This document shows positions 1 through 16,085 of a DNA stretch of 64,000 bases, in pieces. A program made the position numbers and the translations under genes. The notes under the pieces are model-generated. The model was not told the origin of the DNA. It worked only from the letters and a program-made list of their open reading frames with translations, and did no database searches. Location: positions 1,488,001 through 1,552,000 of the forward strand of contig MCFH01000003.1 of NCBI GenBank assembly GCA_002104945.1, written 5' to 3'. Every line of letters starts with the position of its first letter. Position 1 is the stretch's first letter. This DNA comes from Piromyces finnis finn (taxonomy: Eukaryota; Fungi; Neocallimastigomycota).

Positions 1-376
1 TAATTAATATTGTTATAAATGTTTTGTTTTGTTTTTCTATTTACTTTTTTTTTTGAATTTTGAATTTTGTATTAACCATAATTATTTCTTTTTATGATGA
101 TGATGATGATGATGATTTTATTTATTCTTTAATGAAAAAAATACCTATAATTTTATGGTTCTAAATAAAATTTTATATTTAAATAGCTTTGATTTAAAAA
201 AAAAAAAAAAAAAATTTAATTTAAATTACAATTATAAATAATTAATGATAACTTCATAAATATAATTAGTTTTTAATGAATTATTCTCAACATAAAACAT
301 AAAATAGAATATGAAAAAAATAAAAAAAAAAAAAAAAGAGAATAAATTTATTGAAGAAATATTAAATATTTAATGT

Positions 377-2607
<2,231 letters not shown>

Positions 2608-3527
2608 TGTTTCTTTTACTTAAAAATGACTAAATAAAAAAATAATAATTTTATAAAATGATTAATAATTTTTAATCCTTCAATTTTCTTTAATATTATT
2701 AATTTTTTTATATATTAATCCTCATCATTGTTATCTTCAATAGGAATATATGGATCTTGTAAATATGATTGGTTTATCAAATCCGTTGATAATATATTGA
2801 TTATATTGGAGAATATAATTTATTTTAATGAAAATCAATGTATTTAAATTGTGATTTTCGTACATTCTATTACAATTTAAAAAATAAAACTAAAAATAAA
2901 AAAAAAAGAAACGATACAATGCTTTATCACGTACACCACATACACACACAAAACTCTTTTTTTTTTTAGACAGCAGACATAAACAACAATAAAGGGAAGG
3001 TTTAATTAATCACTAGGAATGATGATGACATTTTAATTTATTTTTTTTTTTTTAATTTTTTTGTTTTGGTTACTTACTTAATTTCTTGGTTTTTTTTTTT
3101 TTTTTTTTAAAAAAAAAACTTTTTTTCAAAAGGAAATAGTTTATTTTTTCCTTTTTTAAATATTTATAATGCTTAACCGTTAATTCAAAAATAAAATTCT
3201 TTTTTTTTTTTTATTTTAATAATTTATTGTTTTGCTTTTATTCTTTATTAATAATTATTAATAATATTAATTTATAATTATTTTAAGATAAAAAAAATAA
3301 AAAATGACATATTTATAATATAGGTGTGTGGAATGTAATTTAAAGAAAAAAAGTATTCTTTCTTTCTTCTTTTTTTTTTTTTTATTTTAATTGTAGTATA
3401 AAACAAAAAAACATTATATAATGAAAATGATTAAATGTTAAAAAAAATTCAATATATATATTTAATAAAAATACAATATATAGTTTTATTAATAGGTTTT
3501 ATAATAATAAATTATTAAATTAATGCT

Positions 3528-6500
3528 CTAATAATTGTTCTTTCTTTGGTTATTTCTTTGGTTGCGTTCGTTTTTATTTTGATTATAATTACGGTTAGCT
3601 CTATTATTTTGGTTTCTGTTGTTGTGGTTTTGGTAACCCTTTTGGTCCTTTTCATTACGCTTGTTGTTATCTTGAGTTCTTTGGTCAGCTAAGCTTTCAT
3701 TATTTTCAACAAACTTGGTAAGCTATTTTTTTAGAAAAATAAATTGATTTAGTTAATGTTTAATCATACCCAAAATATATTTATTATTCTATTTTTTTCT
3801 TTAAATTTTACCTTTTCATAGTATTGTTGAGCTAAGAAGTGTAACTTGTTTTCTTCAGATTTAGACATAACAACTATTGAAGCAGATTCATCGATAGAAG
3901 CTGATAATTCTTCCTTAATAATCATTCTACAAATAATGCTATGGACATCAGAAACTGGTAAATCAAACATCTTAGCTAATTGTTCTAAGCTAATGCTGTC
4001 ATAGTGGTTTCTGCAGGTAAATATCCAGGTTCTAAGACCTTCTTCTTGGATTTTTCTATTAATATAAAATAAAAATAGTTAATAAACAAATGTCCTAAAA
4101 TGTTATTTATTTCGTAAAATATTAAATTGTTTAAGGGCCTACCTAGTTAACATCTTCTTGATTTCTTCAGTATTTGGCATTAAGTCCCAAATCTTTATAG
4201 CACAAATTAAATCTCTACATCTTTCCCATTCACCACTAGCTAAAGCCTTAGAAGCTCCCATAATGTGTTCACGAGTATTTTCTGGTGGACCTAATAAAGT
4301 TTGACGTTCACTGCTATCTAATAACTTTCTAAAGTTCTTACTTATAATCTTCTTACGAACATTGTATACATTTTCAGCCATATTCGGTATTTCTAATAAC
4401 ATACTACAAGTTAAGTAAATGCATTCTAATAATTCTATATTAATGTGCATATGGAATGGTAATTGTCTTTGTTTTTCTAATTTTTCTTGTTCTGGAGTCT
4501 TATCACCGTAACGAGATTGAACACCTTGAGCTAATAATTCCTTAACCTTTTGACCGTTTTGGATTTCTTGTAAACATTGGTTAGATTCACGAATCATACC
4601 ACAACGGAAGGCACAAAGACCTAATTGAACAATGGCACGGTTGTAAATGATTTGAGTATTAACATCAGTAGAGTTAACGTGTTCTTGAATGTGAGACATT
4701 AAGAGTAAGTCACGAGCACTAGTGTATCTGTCATGTAAAGCATCGTGATATATATGATATAATAAAGCACGAGAACGTAAACGTTCATCGCTTTGCTTGT
4801 AAATCTTAACACATAATTGGTAAACAAGCTTTTCTGTATCGATCTTTTCTGTCTTGGCAATAACTTCATTAGCTCTGACATTTTCTTCAAGAATACTAAT
4901 AACATTAACTGGCTTGTAGTAAATGTGTTCAATTCTTCTGATAATAATTGATGGAATCTTTTCAGTTAATTGAATTCTTTCTAAGTAAATTTGAGCTCTA
5001 ACAATTAATTCGTAAAGTAATTGTTCATCCTTCATTCTTTCAATATATTCAGTAGTGTGTGGATCAATATTTTGAAGTGAGCGGGTGAATTCTTCATCAA
5101 TTCTATCAATGAATGAGGTAACACTACCAGAAACAATTACTTCCTTACCTTCAGCAATAAGTTCTTCAATTTCTTGAGCATCCTTTTCTTCTGCTACAGT
5201 TTCCTTAACAATAATTTGTTGGTTGTTTTCTAATAATTCTAATAATTGCTTAATGTAATTGGTAACAGTAGCCCAAATTTCATTATTTAATGAATTACCA
5301 ATACCAGAAACGTAATCGAATTGGAATGGAATTAAAACTAATAAAACCTTAATCTTTTGGTATGGAGTCTTGCAAATCTTTAACATCTTAACTAAAATGT
5401 TACTTTGTTCATTCTTGTTAGTACCCTATTTTTTTATTATCATAATATTCACAAGAATTGCAGTGTTACTACCAATTATATAAACACTATTTATTTTTTA
5501 ATTAATAAAAATTTTCTTTTCTTACCTTCTTACCACGAGTGTTAACAATTTCAGCTAATTTTTCGAAAAGGTTTTCAGCATTAATTTGAATTTCCTTTCC
5601 ACCCTTACCAATAATAGTGAAGGATTCAGTTTCATCTAAAGCCTTAACTTCCTTTGACTTTTCTTGTGGTTTCTATTTAAAATTTTATTAATATAAAAAA
5701 TTAATACTATTTTCTATTTCTTCAATTTACAATATCAAAATCCCAACTTACATCTTCCTTTTCAGCTTGAGCTTTAAGAGCACCCTTTTTCAATTAATAA
5801 ATTACAATATTATTAATTATTTGAAAAAATACCATTAAATTTTTAATTAATCATTTACTTACAGATCTGTATTTTTGAATTTCTGATTGGAATTGTTTGC
5901 TGAATTTCTTAATACCTTGCTTAAGAGCATTGAATGATCTAGCATTTAATTTGTTCATCTTCTTAACTTCTTGATTAGTAACTGATTTAATCTTGTCATC
6001 TAATAAAACAAGAGTTGAAGTAAGGAAGACTGGAACACCTTCTCTTCTAATAATATTGTTACCCTTTTGAACAGCCTTGGTTAATTTATCATATTCTATT
6101 TTTCATTATTTTTTATTGTTTTGAAAAAAAAATATAGTATATATATATAGTAAAAATATGATGGTTAAAAAGCTGTTTTTTAAGATTGTTTTGATTTTTA
6201 ATGATTTATAAAATGATTTCATCTTTCAATTTAATTCTTTCTTTTAATCCAAATTTGTTGTGTCATATTTTAATTCCATCTTTATTTTAATCTAATTTTC
6301 CAAAGGTTCAATTCCATTTAACTTTTTTTAAATCATTTTTAAAGCACATATAATATTATAGTTTATATAAAATTTATTTAATTTGTTGCTTTGTTTACCA
6401 GTTTGAACACCATTCCAATTGTTGTTTTCTAAACATAATTTAATGTTATCAGTGTGAGTTTGAATTTCATCAAACTTCTTATCCTTAACTGACTTAACAA

Positions 6501-6858
6501 CCTTTCTTTCTTCATCTTCAGAAGAGGAATCGTCTGAAGAATCACCACCTCTCATGAAACGATTGGCTGGTCTTCTTTCTTCTTCAGATTCACTTTCAGA
6601 TTCACTATCACTTTCAGATTCACTATCACTATCACTTTCGCTTTCGCTTTCACTTTCACTTTCACTTTCTGATTCAGAAGATGATTCTTCTTCAGAGGAG
6701 CTTTCTTCTTCAGAAGAGGTTTCTTCTTCAGAGGAGCTTTCTTCAGTAGAAGAGTATTCAGATTCTTGGGATGATTCTTCGCTGGAAGAAACGATGGAAT
6801 CGTCATCAGAATCAGAATCAGAATCCTTTCCTTTACGACGGAAAAATCTTGAAGACAT
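3528..6858 (-). CDS. EIF3C: Eukaryotic translation initiation factor 3 subunit C (Nip1), multi-exon
   Basis: MSSRFF start, acidic S/E-rich N-terminus, KVVKSVKDKKFDE, QIIYNRAIVQLGLCAFRCG, QLPFHMHINIELLECIYLTCSMLLEIP, GPPENTREHIMGASKAL and PCI-domain C-terminus. Ends in an N/Q/R-rich tail with TAG at 3528-3530. Confidence 0.96.
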
Positions 6859-7157
6859 ATTGAAAATATTAGTATTCACTTAATAAATTCCCTGATTAAA
6901 TAACTTTTAAATTATAGAAAATATAATAATTTTCTAAAATTTATAAATAAAAAAATGAAATTAAATATAATAAAATAAATAATAAACTATTATTAATTAT
7001 AATTATTTAGTTAATAATATATTTATTATAAAATATATTTAATTGTGAGCAATATTAAAAAAAAAAAAATAAATAAATAATTTTTATAATATTTTTCTAA
7101 TATCCAATAATATTACATGATTTCAATTCAATTTTTTGTAATTAAAAAAAAACTATA

Positions 7158-7174
7158 TATACAAGTCACGTGTA
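7158..7174. promoter_or_regulatory. Extended E-box (GTCACGTG, Cbf1/USF-type bHLH site) upstream of eIF3c
   Basis: TATACAAGTCACGTGTA about 300 bp upstream of the eIF3c ATG. Its exact reverse complement is at 15566-15582. Confidence 0.5.
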
Positions 7175-7463
7175 CATTTTTGCAAGCCATTCAATTAAAA
7201 TCCAATCATATTTTAAATCAGTTTATTGAAATCTTTCTCAATATATATTATACTCTTACATTTTCAATTCATGTACAATTTCACAAAAAAAAAAAAAAGA
7301 ATATAAATATATTATTAAATCTCTTTATTTTTTTTTTTTTTTGAAAAATATAAAACTATTAAATTTTTATATATGCAGTGGCATATAGTTATAGTATAGT
7401 TTAATATATATAATAGATTTGTTTTAATAAAATAAAGTTTTTTCTATTTATAAATAGTAAACA

Positions 7464-7465
<2 letters not shown>

Positions 7466-7546
<81 letters not shown>
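7466..7546. repeat. (AAT)n/(ATT)n head-to-head microsatellite forming a perfect 68-bp palindrome (7466-7533)
   Basis: (TAA)11T directly followed by (ATT)n, centred on AATATT at 7497-7502. Confidence 0.9.
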
Positions 7547-8072
7547 GATAGATCCTTTTTTTTATGATTGTTAATTATAATAAAAATTAATAGTCCAAAT
7601 GATGGTAGAATATACAATAAATATAGATTCAATTTATTAATATAAAACTATTAATGGAGGAATGAAAAGATCCATTATCCATAAATTATTAAAGTTAAGA
7701 AAATTTTAAAAGTTTTTTTTATTATATTTTATAGGTTTTATTTTATTTGATAAGTTGTTGTTGTTGTTATTGTTGTTTCTTTTTATGCTTTTTTTTTTTT
7801 TAATTATTTAAAAATAAATTGAAGTGTTTATTATTATTATAATTATATAATTTTTATTATTTTTATACAATTAAAAATAGTTTTATAATAAAAAAAAAAC
7901 ATAGCAAAAATAAAAAATGGATTATTTAACAAAAATGATTTTAAAAAAAGTGTAGAATTTGAATAAATTAATAGATATAAAAAAGAGGAATAAATAATTT
8001 ATTGAAAAAAAAAAAAAGAGAGAGAGAGAATCATATTATAAATCTTATATTCTTTTAAAAAAAATATAAAGA

Positions 8073-11000
8073 TTAAGATAAATGGAATGATCCTCTTCCT
8101 TCCTTGATAGCGGTAGTTAATCTTTCTTTAAGAATTTCTTTTGTTTTATAATCTGGTAATTTAAGATAATTAGCACAAGTCATAACACTTGGTAAGAAAT
8201 CATCTGGATTTTCATCAGAACTAGTAGTCTTACATACAACAGTAAATGGTGGGTTTAAATTCTTAAAACCACCTAATGGTAATCTAGAAGTTCCTGTAAT
8301 AAATTCTAAGAATTCTTTCTTTTCATCCTTGTTCATTTCTGACATAACCTCGATCAAGTTAATAACAGATTGACTCTTCATTGAATAGCCATGATCAGCC
8401 TTTATAGTCTTCATTAAAGTTTCTTTAGTCCAATCTTCTTCACTATTAGAAATCATTTGAAGAATTTCTTTGACTTCAAAGATTTGTAAATCTGTAATTA
8501 AAAAGACCTTATTAAAACCTTCTCTGAAGGCCTTAACTTGCTTTGATATACCACTGCATAATGTAAAGTCTATAATCTTGACTATATAATCTTCTAAATT
8601 ATTTATGGTTACAGAAACATTTTCACCATCTGGTATTAATTCAATTTCTGGATAACCTGGTAAAACAAAGTCAAAACATAAATCATCTACCTTGGCACCA
8701 TCAACTTCAATTGACTTGATTTCTTCTTCGGATTTTCCTTCTTCTATATATTGATCCTTGATTTGAATGAATTTTTCTAAATATCTTAAAGATTTTGCTA
8801 AATCTGGGTCAACCATATCAATAATAAATATTCCAACATCTCTCCATTTCTTTAGCAACTTTGGATGCTTATGATTTCTTCCAATAAGATACTTATTTAA
8901 TAATGGATAGTTAACAACAAGATATAAGAATACTGGATTGAAAGCAATATTAATGATTCTGGAATCTAATAATGCTTTTCCTACAAAACTACCAAGCATA
9001 CTAAAGTATTTACAACACTTCTTAACCTTGGCCTCTGGAGCATTAACACCTAATGGTTTTGGGAAAAGACCTGTCTTTGGACTTAAGTAGCATTCTTCAC
9101 CAGAATTGCTTTCAAATCCATTATCTCTCCAAATATTAAGAGACTTCTTACAAATTTCTTTACATACAAGGTTATAGAATTCAAGAGTTGGACCAAGACC
9201 AGTACCAACTTCATCATAAAATTCAATTTCTAATAAAGCTTGACTACTACAATACATATTCATTACAATGCTTAAACTTTCAATGATTTTATCACGATGA
9301 ACACGAACCTTCTTTCTTTGAATTCTACCAATAACAGAACTATCCATTCTACCATTATTATTTTGGTTTTGTTGTTGCCAGCGATTAATGCTTCTACTAT
9401 AACCAAAACTAGTACTTTGTAAATAAATAGATTTACTATCGAAATTAACTAAAAAGTTAAAATCTTTAGTTATCATAGTACACCATGATGGTAATACATG
9501 ACTAGCAACTATTAAAGGTTCATTTAATTGTCGATTAAGTTTTGCTGTAATCTTTGCATTATGGAAACTTTCACTTGATATAAATTCTAATGATATATTA
9601 TTAGATTCTAAATCTTTTCTAAAGGATTGATTAAATAATATACTCCAGTTTGAATTAAGAGTATAGAATATCTTTAATAAATATAATATTTTATGTTCAA
9701 TAGCCTTAAAGTTTTCTAAACTCTTTGCCTTGTAGGTTAAATATGACCAGAATTTGTATAATGTCAACTTATGCTTCTTTTCATTCTTTTTCTTTAAAGA
9801 ATCTTTTGATTTCTTCATTGATAAAGTAGATTCCTTAGATTTCAAAGATTTTTTGTGATTATCTTGATTATTATTAACTTCACTCTTTAATACTTTCTTT
9901 AATTTAACAATGTATTCACTATTCCAAACATTAATATGTGAATTATCATCAGACTTTAATTGACTCTTTTCGAAATTCCAGCAAGAAGCAAATATGGTAT
10001 CGTTAGATTGAACCTTTACTAAATTATTTTTATCCTTTCCTAAATAAAATTCGAAAACATAATCACTAATAGAATGTTTCTTTTTCTCGGTAGATTCTTC
10101 TTGTTTAGCTTTAGATTCATCTTCCTTACTTGAGGAGGACGCTTCTTTTTTATTGGATGTTTCATCACTAGCATTATCCTTTTTCTTATTACTAGCAGTA
10201 GCTTCTTCTTGTTTAACACTATCGTTTATATCAACAATTTCATTTTCCATTGAATTTATTGAATTTTCATGGCTTACACCGGTCCTGTTCTTTCTTGAAG
10301 TTTCTTCAGTGGTTAATAATAAATCAGAGAAATTCATAATCTAAAAATAATAGTTTAAATAATAATTAATATAAAATATTGTAAAAATGTATATTTTAGT
10401 TAATAGGGTTTTTTTTTTTTTTTTTCTATTTTCATTTTTATATTTCAAATACTTACGCCTTCATCATCATTATATAATCCTTCGTCCATCATTATATCAT
10501 CATAACCTTCTTGATCAAAGCTATCATCATAATTTTCTTCCTCATCACTCATTAAATCACTTTCATTATAACCATCTTCATCTTCTATAAATCCATCCAT
10601 ATTATCATCGTCCATATCTTCATTGTTATCACCTTCATCTTCTTCAATTTCTTCATCATCGATTTCCTTTATTGATTCACCATCTTCATTTTCCATTTCA
10701 TTTTCTTCGTTAAATTCACCTTCCATTATAATTCTTTCCTTTAAATAGTCTTCTAAAACCTGGAAATTTGTAATAGCATGAATAGAAACTGTTAAATTAT
10801 CAAAACTCTTTGGTATTTCTGTTTCTTCTTCAATATTATCTAAATAAAGTCTAAGATTAATTTTCTTTGTTAATTGTAAAGCAGTATTATCAACATCATT
10901 TCCTTTAGAAATACTAGAAGAGCCATTGTAACCATTAAATCTTGCAAACAAACTCTCAATAGATTCAATAACATTTGGTCTGCTAACATTAGATAATGCA

Positions 11001-14000
11001 TGAACAATTTCCATCTTCTCTTCACGACCTAATACATCTTGAAGACACTTTACAACGCTCTTTAAAGCGCCCAATACATAATAATTATTAGTAATACTAT
11101 CCTTTAATTTTAATGGCATTGGACCGTTTAAGAATACATGTAAAAGGGCTTCCATTCTGAAATTCAAGGCTTCGTCATCAACCTTCTTTCTTGATTCAGA
11201 AAAGTAATCTACTAATCCTTCAATAATACCACTTTCTTTTATTTCATAACTTGTAATATCTTCTTTAGCAAATAATGAAGCTAATTTATGAATAAACTTT
11301 AAATGATTAACATAGTCTTCTTGTTCTTCTAATAAAACTGGTTTTTTAAGGGTAACGTTAATATCTTTTAATGTATTTAATATACTGCTGCCAGAAGTTG
11401 ATGAATTTTCTTCCAAAATTTTCATATTATTATTTGAGGCATTGAATATCCATTGAACAATAGTATTATAACTATACGAGACTTCATTTAAGAAAGTAAT
11501 ATTTTTGTCCTTTCTGGATTCTTTTGGTTTAGAGGATACTGCCTTACTATTAAATACCTTAAAGATACTAAATAATGGATTCATTGATTCGAGTTCATTA
11601 TTAGCTTTATTTTTCTTATTACTATTTTCTTCTTTCTCTTCTTTTTCTTCTAGTTCCTTTAAGGCAACAAGGGATTGTTTAAAGCTTTCTTCATGAGTTA
11701 ATATTTCTTGAATTTCTTTATTTAATCCATCTCTAATAAAATACTTTGTGAAATAAACTGGATCTTGTAATAAAGTAATAGCAACTAATTGTAATCCTGA
11801 ACTTAAGAATATTAATTCATTTTTTTGTTCTGGTTCAACCTTTGCGTGTACATTTGATACATCTTTTAATACATTAGTATATTGTTGGAATAAGTCACAA
11901 ACAAACTTTCTATAAATTGGGGTTTTGGTTAAAATATCAACAAGATAGCTAGTATCAGCAACGTTTCTTTCAACTTCAGATATAAGCCAAACGATTTTTA
12001 ACATACATTTAATAATTGTTTTTCTAATTCCATTATTGACAGTAGAATTAAATAATTCAATTAATAATGGAATCATTTTATTTCCAAATTCAGTTAAAAC
12101 TTCTGGTTTATTAACTAAATTATTTTTTCTTTCTTCTTGATCCTCCTTATTATCACTCTTATCATCTTCAGATTTCTTAGAACTTTCATTTTCTTCTTCT
12201 TCCATGAATTCATGTTCTTCGGTGCCTTCTTCCTTTCCTTTTACATCTTCTATATCCTTATTAAATGGATTTGAAGATAAATCCCAGTAATTTGTTTTTG
12301 GTAATTTTGGTAAAAGATAGCTAATTAAATCAAAAACATCTTGTAAAGTATTAGCTTGACATTTAGACATAGCTTCGGTTAAGTCTTCACTTGGAACATT
12401 TAATACATTATCTTCAAAAACAATATTGATTCCTAATATACCTTCGATAATACCAATGATATCATTATTTTCTATTAATTCCATGGAACGTGATGGAGAT
12501 GATTGAACAATGTAATATAATGTTTTTACTAAATTACTATAAACAGCATTTGAACTAATTTTACTTGATTCATTAGAATTGTTTGATGGTATTAAATAGC
12601 TTAAAATTGTTTTCATTACATCCTTTGAAAATATTTCTTCAGACTTCTTTCTAGAATTGCATAACCATTTTGAAATATTAGAATAACATACTGTACAGCT
12701 TTCAACTAATCTTTCATCTGAATAGGTAAGGATTCTTTCAATGGTAGACATTGCTTCCTTAATAGTTGAGTATGTTTTTTCATTTCCATATTGTACTAAA
12801 CCACCACAACCATTTTTCACAATATTCATAATATAACGTTGAACATGTAAATTATAGAAATCAAAATATTTTAAAACAGTGGAAATTACATCATCTTTCA
12901 ATACAACCTTTGGGAAATCAGATGATATTTTTTCTAATACACTCATAATTTGTTCAGCTAAATCAATATACTCAATATTCTTAATTTTATCGGTTAATAT
13001 TTTTATACCATCAAATCTAACAATAGCAGAAGTTGAAGATGGGAGAGCTTCAATTAAATTACAGAAACATCTGCATGCCATCATCATAATATTAATACTT
13101 TCTTCACTATTTCCAAAATTATCATATTCAGTAGAAGGTTCATAAAATTCATCTTGATCACCCTTAAGAATATCTAATAATGCCTTTACATATTCACTTA
13201 AACTAAATCCTTCTAAGTCAGGTGGTCCATTACCAAGGAACATATCTTCAGTGGTAACACATAATATATCTGCTAATCTTTCTAATGCTTCCAATTGTTC
13301 AGATGGATCACTTTTATTTTTTATTTTTTTTAACAATTTGCTAGCATTGGAATTATTATTTGAACGAGATGATGAAGAAGGTTTTTGAATATCAATAATA
13401 CCTAAATTCAAAAGGGTTTGTAAATCCATTCTGAAAATATCTTCAATTGGATTTTTTAATTTGAATTCTTTGATGTTTTCACCCATTTCATGGGATACTT
13501 CTTCATCCTTTCCCTTTTTACTTTGATCATCATTATTATTTCTGCTATAATTTTGATCAGAACTTGATGCTTGAGGGTTATTGTTATCCATTTTTTTTGA
13601 ATGCTTTGATTTTTTCTTTTTATGTAAAACTTTATTAGATTCTTCTAAACTCTTTTGGTTCTTCTTATTGCTGTTTTTATTTGGTAAATTGTTGTTTTTG
13701 TTATGTCTTTTACGTTTATTACCACTATGATCTTTTTTATCGATATTTAAAAGTATTGAATCAAAATTATCAGAAGTGGAAGAATTTAAATTTTTATTTT
13801 TTTTATTATTGTATTGAGAATTATTTTCTTCCAAATTTCTATTTTAAGATGGAATGATATGGTCAAAAAAAGTGTTTTACAAATAATTTCTTTTAATTGA
13901 TTTATAAATATTTATTATTAAGAAAATATAAAAATACATACAATTCAAGGGTAGCTTTTTTTATTTCCTTTTTTAAATTATTTTTTTTTATCTTTTTTGT

Positions 14001-14366
14001 ATTATGTTCTTTGTCTGATTCGTCAAGTAATTTACGTTTTTGATTCTTTTTGGAACTATTTTAAATTAAGGTTAGAAATGTTTATTAATGAGAATAAATT
14101 TATTTGTAAAAGTTTATATTTTACATTTTATCAAAACAAATATAGATTTATTACTGTTTTTGATCAGCTATTAAAACTTTATCCTTTTTAACTTCGTTTA
14201 AATTTATAGTATCAATTTTTTCAAGCTTTGAAGAAGTATGTTCTTTCAAAATATTGTTTGAATTGGATGATTTCTTATTATTTTGATTCGATTTTTTTCC
14301 TTTTTTATTAATATTTTTTTTTAAATTTTTTCCTTGATTTTTATTTTTATTCTTTGTTGTATCCAT
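8073..14366 (-). CDS. UFD4: HECT E3 ubiquitin ligase, Ufd4/TRIP12/UPL3 family (ARM repeats plus HECT), 4 exons
   Basis: Inferred exons 14366-14155, 14055-13942, 13838-10457, 10340-8073 are phase-compatible. ARM region has ACRCFCNLIEALP and IEYIDLAEQ. HECT has RIQRKKVRVHR, LEIEFYDEVGTGLGPTLEFY, FLEFITGTSRLPLGGF and LPSVMTCANYLKLPDY (catalytic Cys), ending GSFHLS. Confidence 0.95.
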
Positions 14367-15565
14367 AAGAAATATTTATGTTACCTTTTTTTTTTTTTGT
14401 AAAAAAAAATATAAATATTTATAAATTTAATTAGTAATACTATTAAATTAATTTTATTAAATAAAATATGAATATACCTATATAATGAAAAATAAAATCT
14501 ATCTAAATTTTTATAAATATGAATATGTAACTAATATATATTTTAATATATTCTATTATTTAAATTATAAAAGATTATCTAGATATAACCGATTTTTCTA
14601 TCACTACTACTATAGTATTTATCTAAAATCAAAAATTGCTTATTACTATTAAATATGAAAATTTTTAAATTCTATGTTAACTAAAATAAAAAGTATATTT
14701 AATGTTAAACTAATTTTCTTTTATGAAATTTGTTTATTTTACTATTATAGTTGATGATAATATCAAATTATAAGTTTTTCTATGTATTATCAATTATAAA
14801 ATTCTTCTAAACTTTAATTGAAAAATTAGCTCAACAATAAAAATAGTTATAAAATTGTTACAGAAGAAAAAGAAAAAAAAAAGATAAATAAACTTTTTGC
14901 TAATAATATGCCAACAATTTCTATTTATGATATGTTATCCTTTATAATTATATCGATGGCTTTATTTTTTTTTAATTATATTTAAATTGTAAATTGTTTT
15001 CTATTATTAAAATGAACTTTATTAAAATAACTAGAATGAAAAAATTATTTACTGTAATATTTGTAATATATTGATATAATAAACGATTGAATAGATAGAT
15101 TGAATTATAATAAAATAAAATAATAATTACTTTTATTAAAAGTATACTATATATTTTCTTTTATTGTTAATATTATTAAATATGATGTAAATAAAAAAAT
15201 ATTTTTTTTTAATATTTCTTGATCAGTTTATTTATCCCTTTGTTACTCTTTATATATTCTTTTTTCTAAAATCATAATAATAATATTATTAAATAAAATA
15301 TATATATATATATATTTTTTAATAAATATTTTCTTTTGATATTTTATGTTGAAAAAAGGAAAAAAAAAAAAAATTCTTATTATTTTTTTTTATCTTTGGT
15401 GTTCTTTGCCTGACGATTGTTTTTTTTTTTTTTTACTACTTCGTTCATATATTACTATATATTTTATTTTATATATTCAATTTAATTTAATTTAACTAAT
15501 ATATGTTATAACATGCAATTAATATATTTTCGAAGGTTCATTTTATCTAAATTCCATTTCATTAA

Positions 15566-15582
15566 TACACGTGACTTGTATA
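15566..15582. promoter_or_regulatory. Extended E-box (CACGTGAC) upstream of the HECT ligase gene
   Basis: TACACGTGACTTGTATA, the exact reverse complement of 7158-7174. Confidence 0.45.
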
Positions 15583-15709
15583 AAATCATTTTATTTATTA
15601 ATAAAAAAAATTTGGTGGAAAAAAAAGACCGAATATTTAAATTTATTAAATAATAATTCCAATATTTAAATTTTCATTCTATTATTATTAATATTGGAGT
15701 GGACTATTA

Positions 15710-15743
<34 letters not shown>

Positions 15744-16085
15744 CCTTTCATTAAAAAATAAAATGAACTTATTTTTAAACAAATAATAAAATATGGATTT
15801 CATTATATAATATTAAAAATAGAGGATAAAAAAATGAAAATACCTTTTATCGTTTCACATTAAAATAATTATATAAATAATTAAAAATAACCAAAATAGT
15901 TATATTAAATTTACAAATCAAATATTAATTAAAAATTTTTCTGTATTTTAATTATATTTTCATAAATAATAATTTATTTAGCTTATGGTTGTAGGATTAT
16001 GTTTTATCAACTAAAGAAAAAAAAAACATTCCTAAAAGGTTTTAAAATATTTATACATAATATCAATTGTTTTTTAAAGAGTTAT

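Noticed and set aside
6096-6398. Possible intronic snoRNA in the 303-nt eIF3c intron
   Set aside because: No convincing box C/D or H/ACA pair or terminal stem on the sense strand.
6552-6883. ORFs 6554..6883 (+) and 6552..6806 (-)
   Set aside because: Antisense and alternate-frame shadows of the S/E-repeat exon of eIF3c; the low-complexity repeat lacks stops.
7158-15582. DNA transposon carrying the HECT gene, bounded by the 17-bp inverted repeats
   Set aside because: No transposase, the cargo is a conserved housekeeping gene, and the repeat core is a canonical bHLH site. Kept only as a minor alternative.
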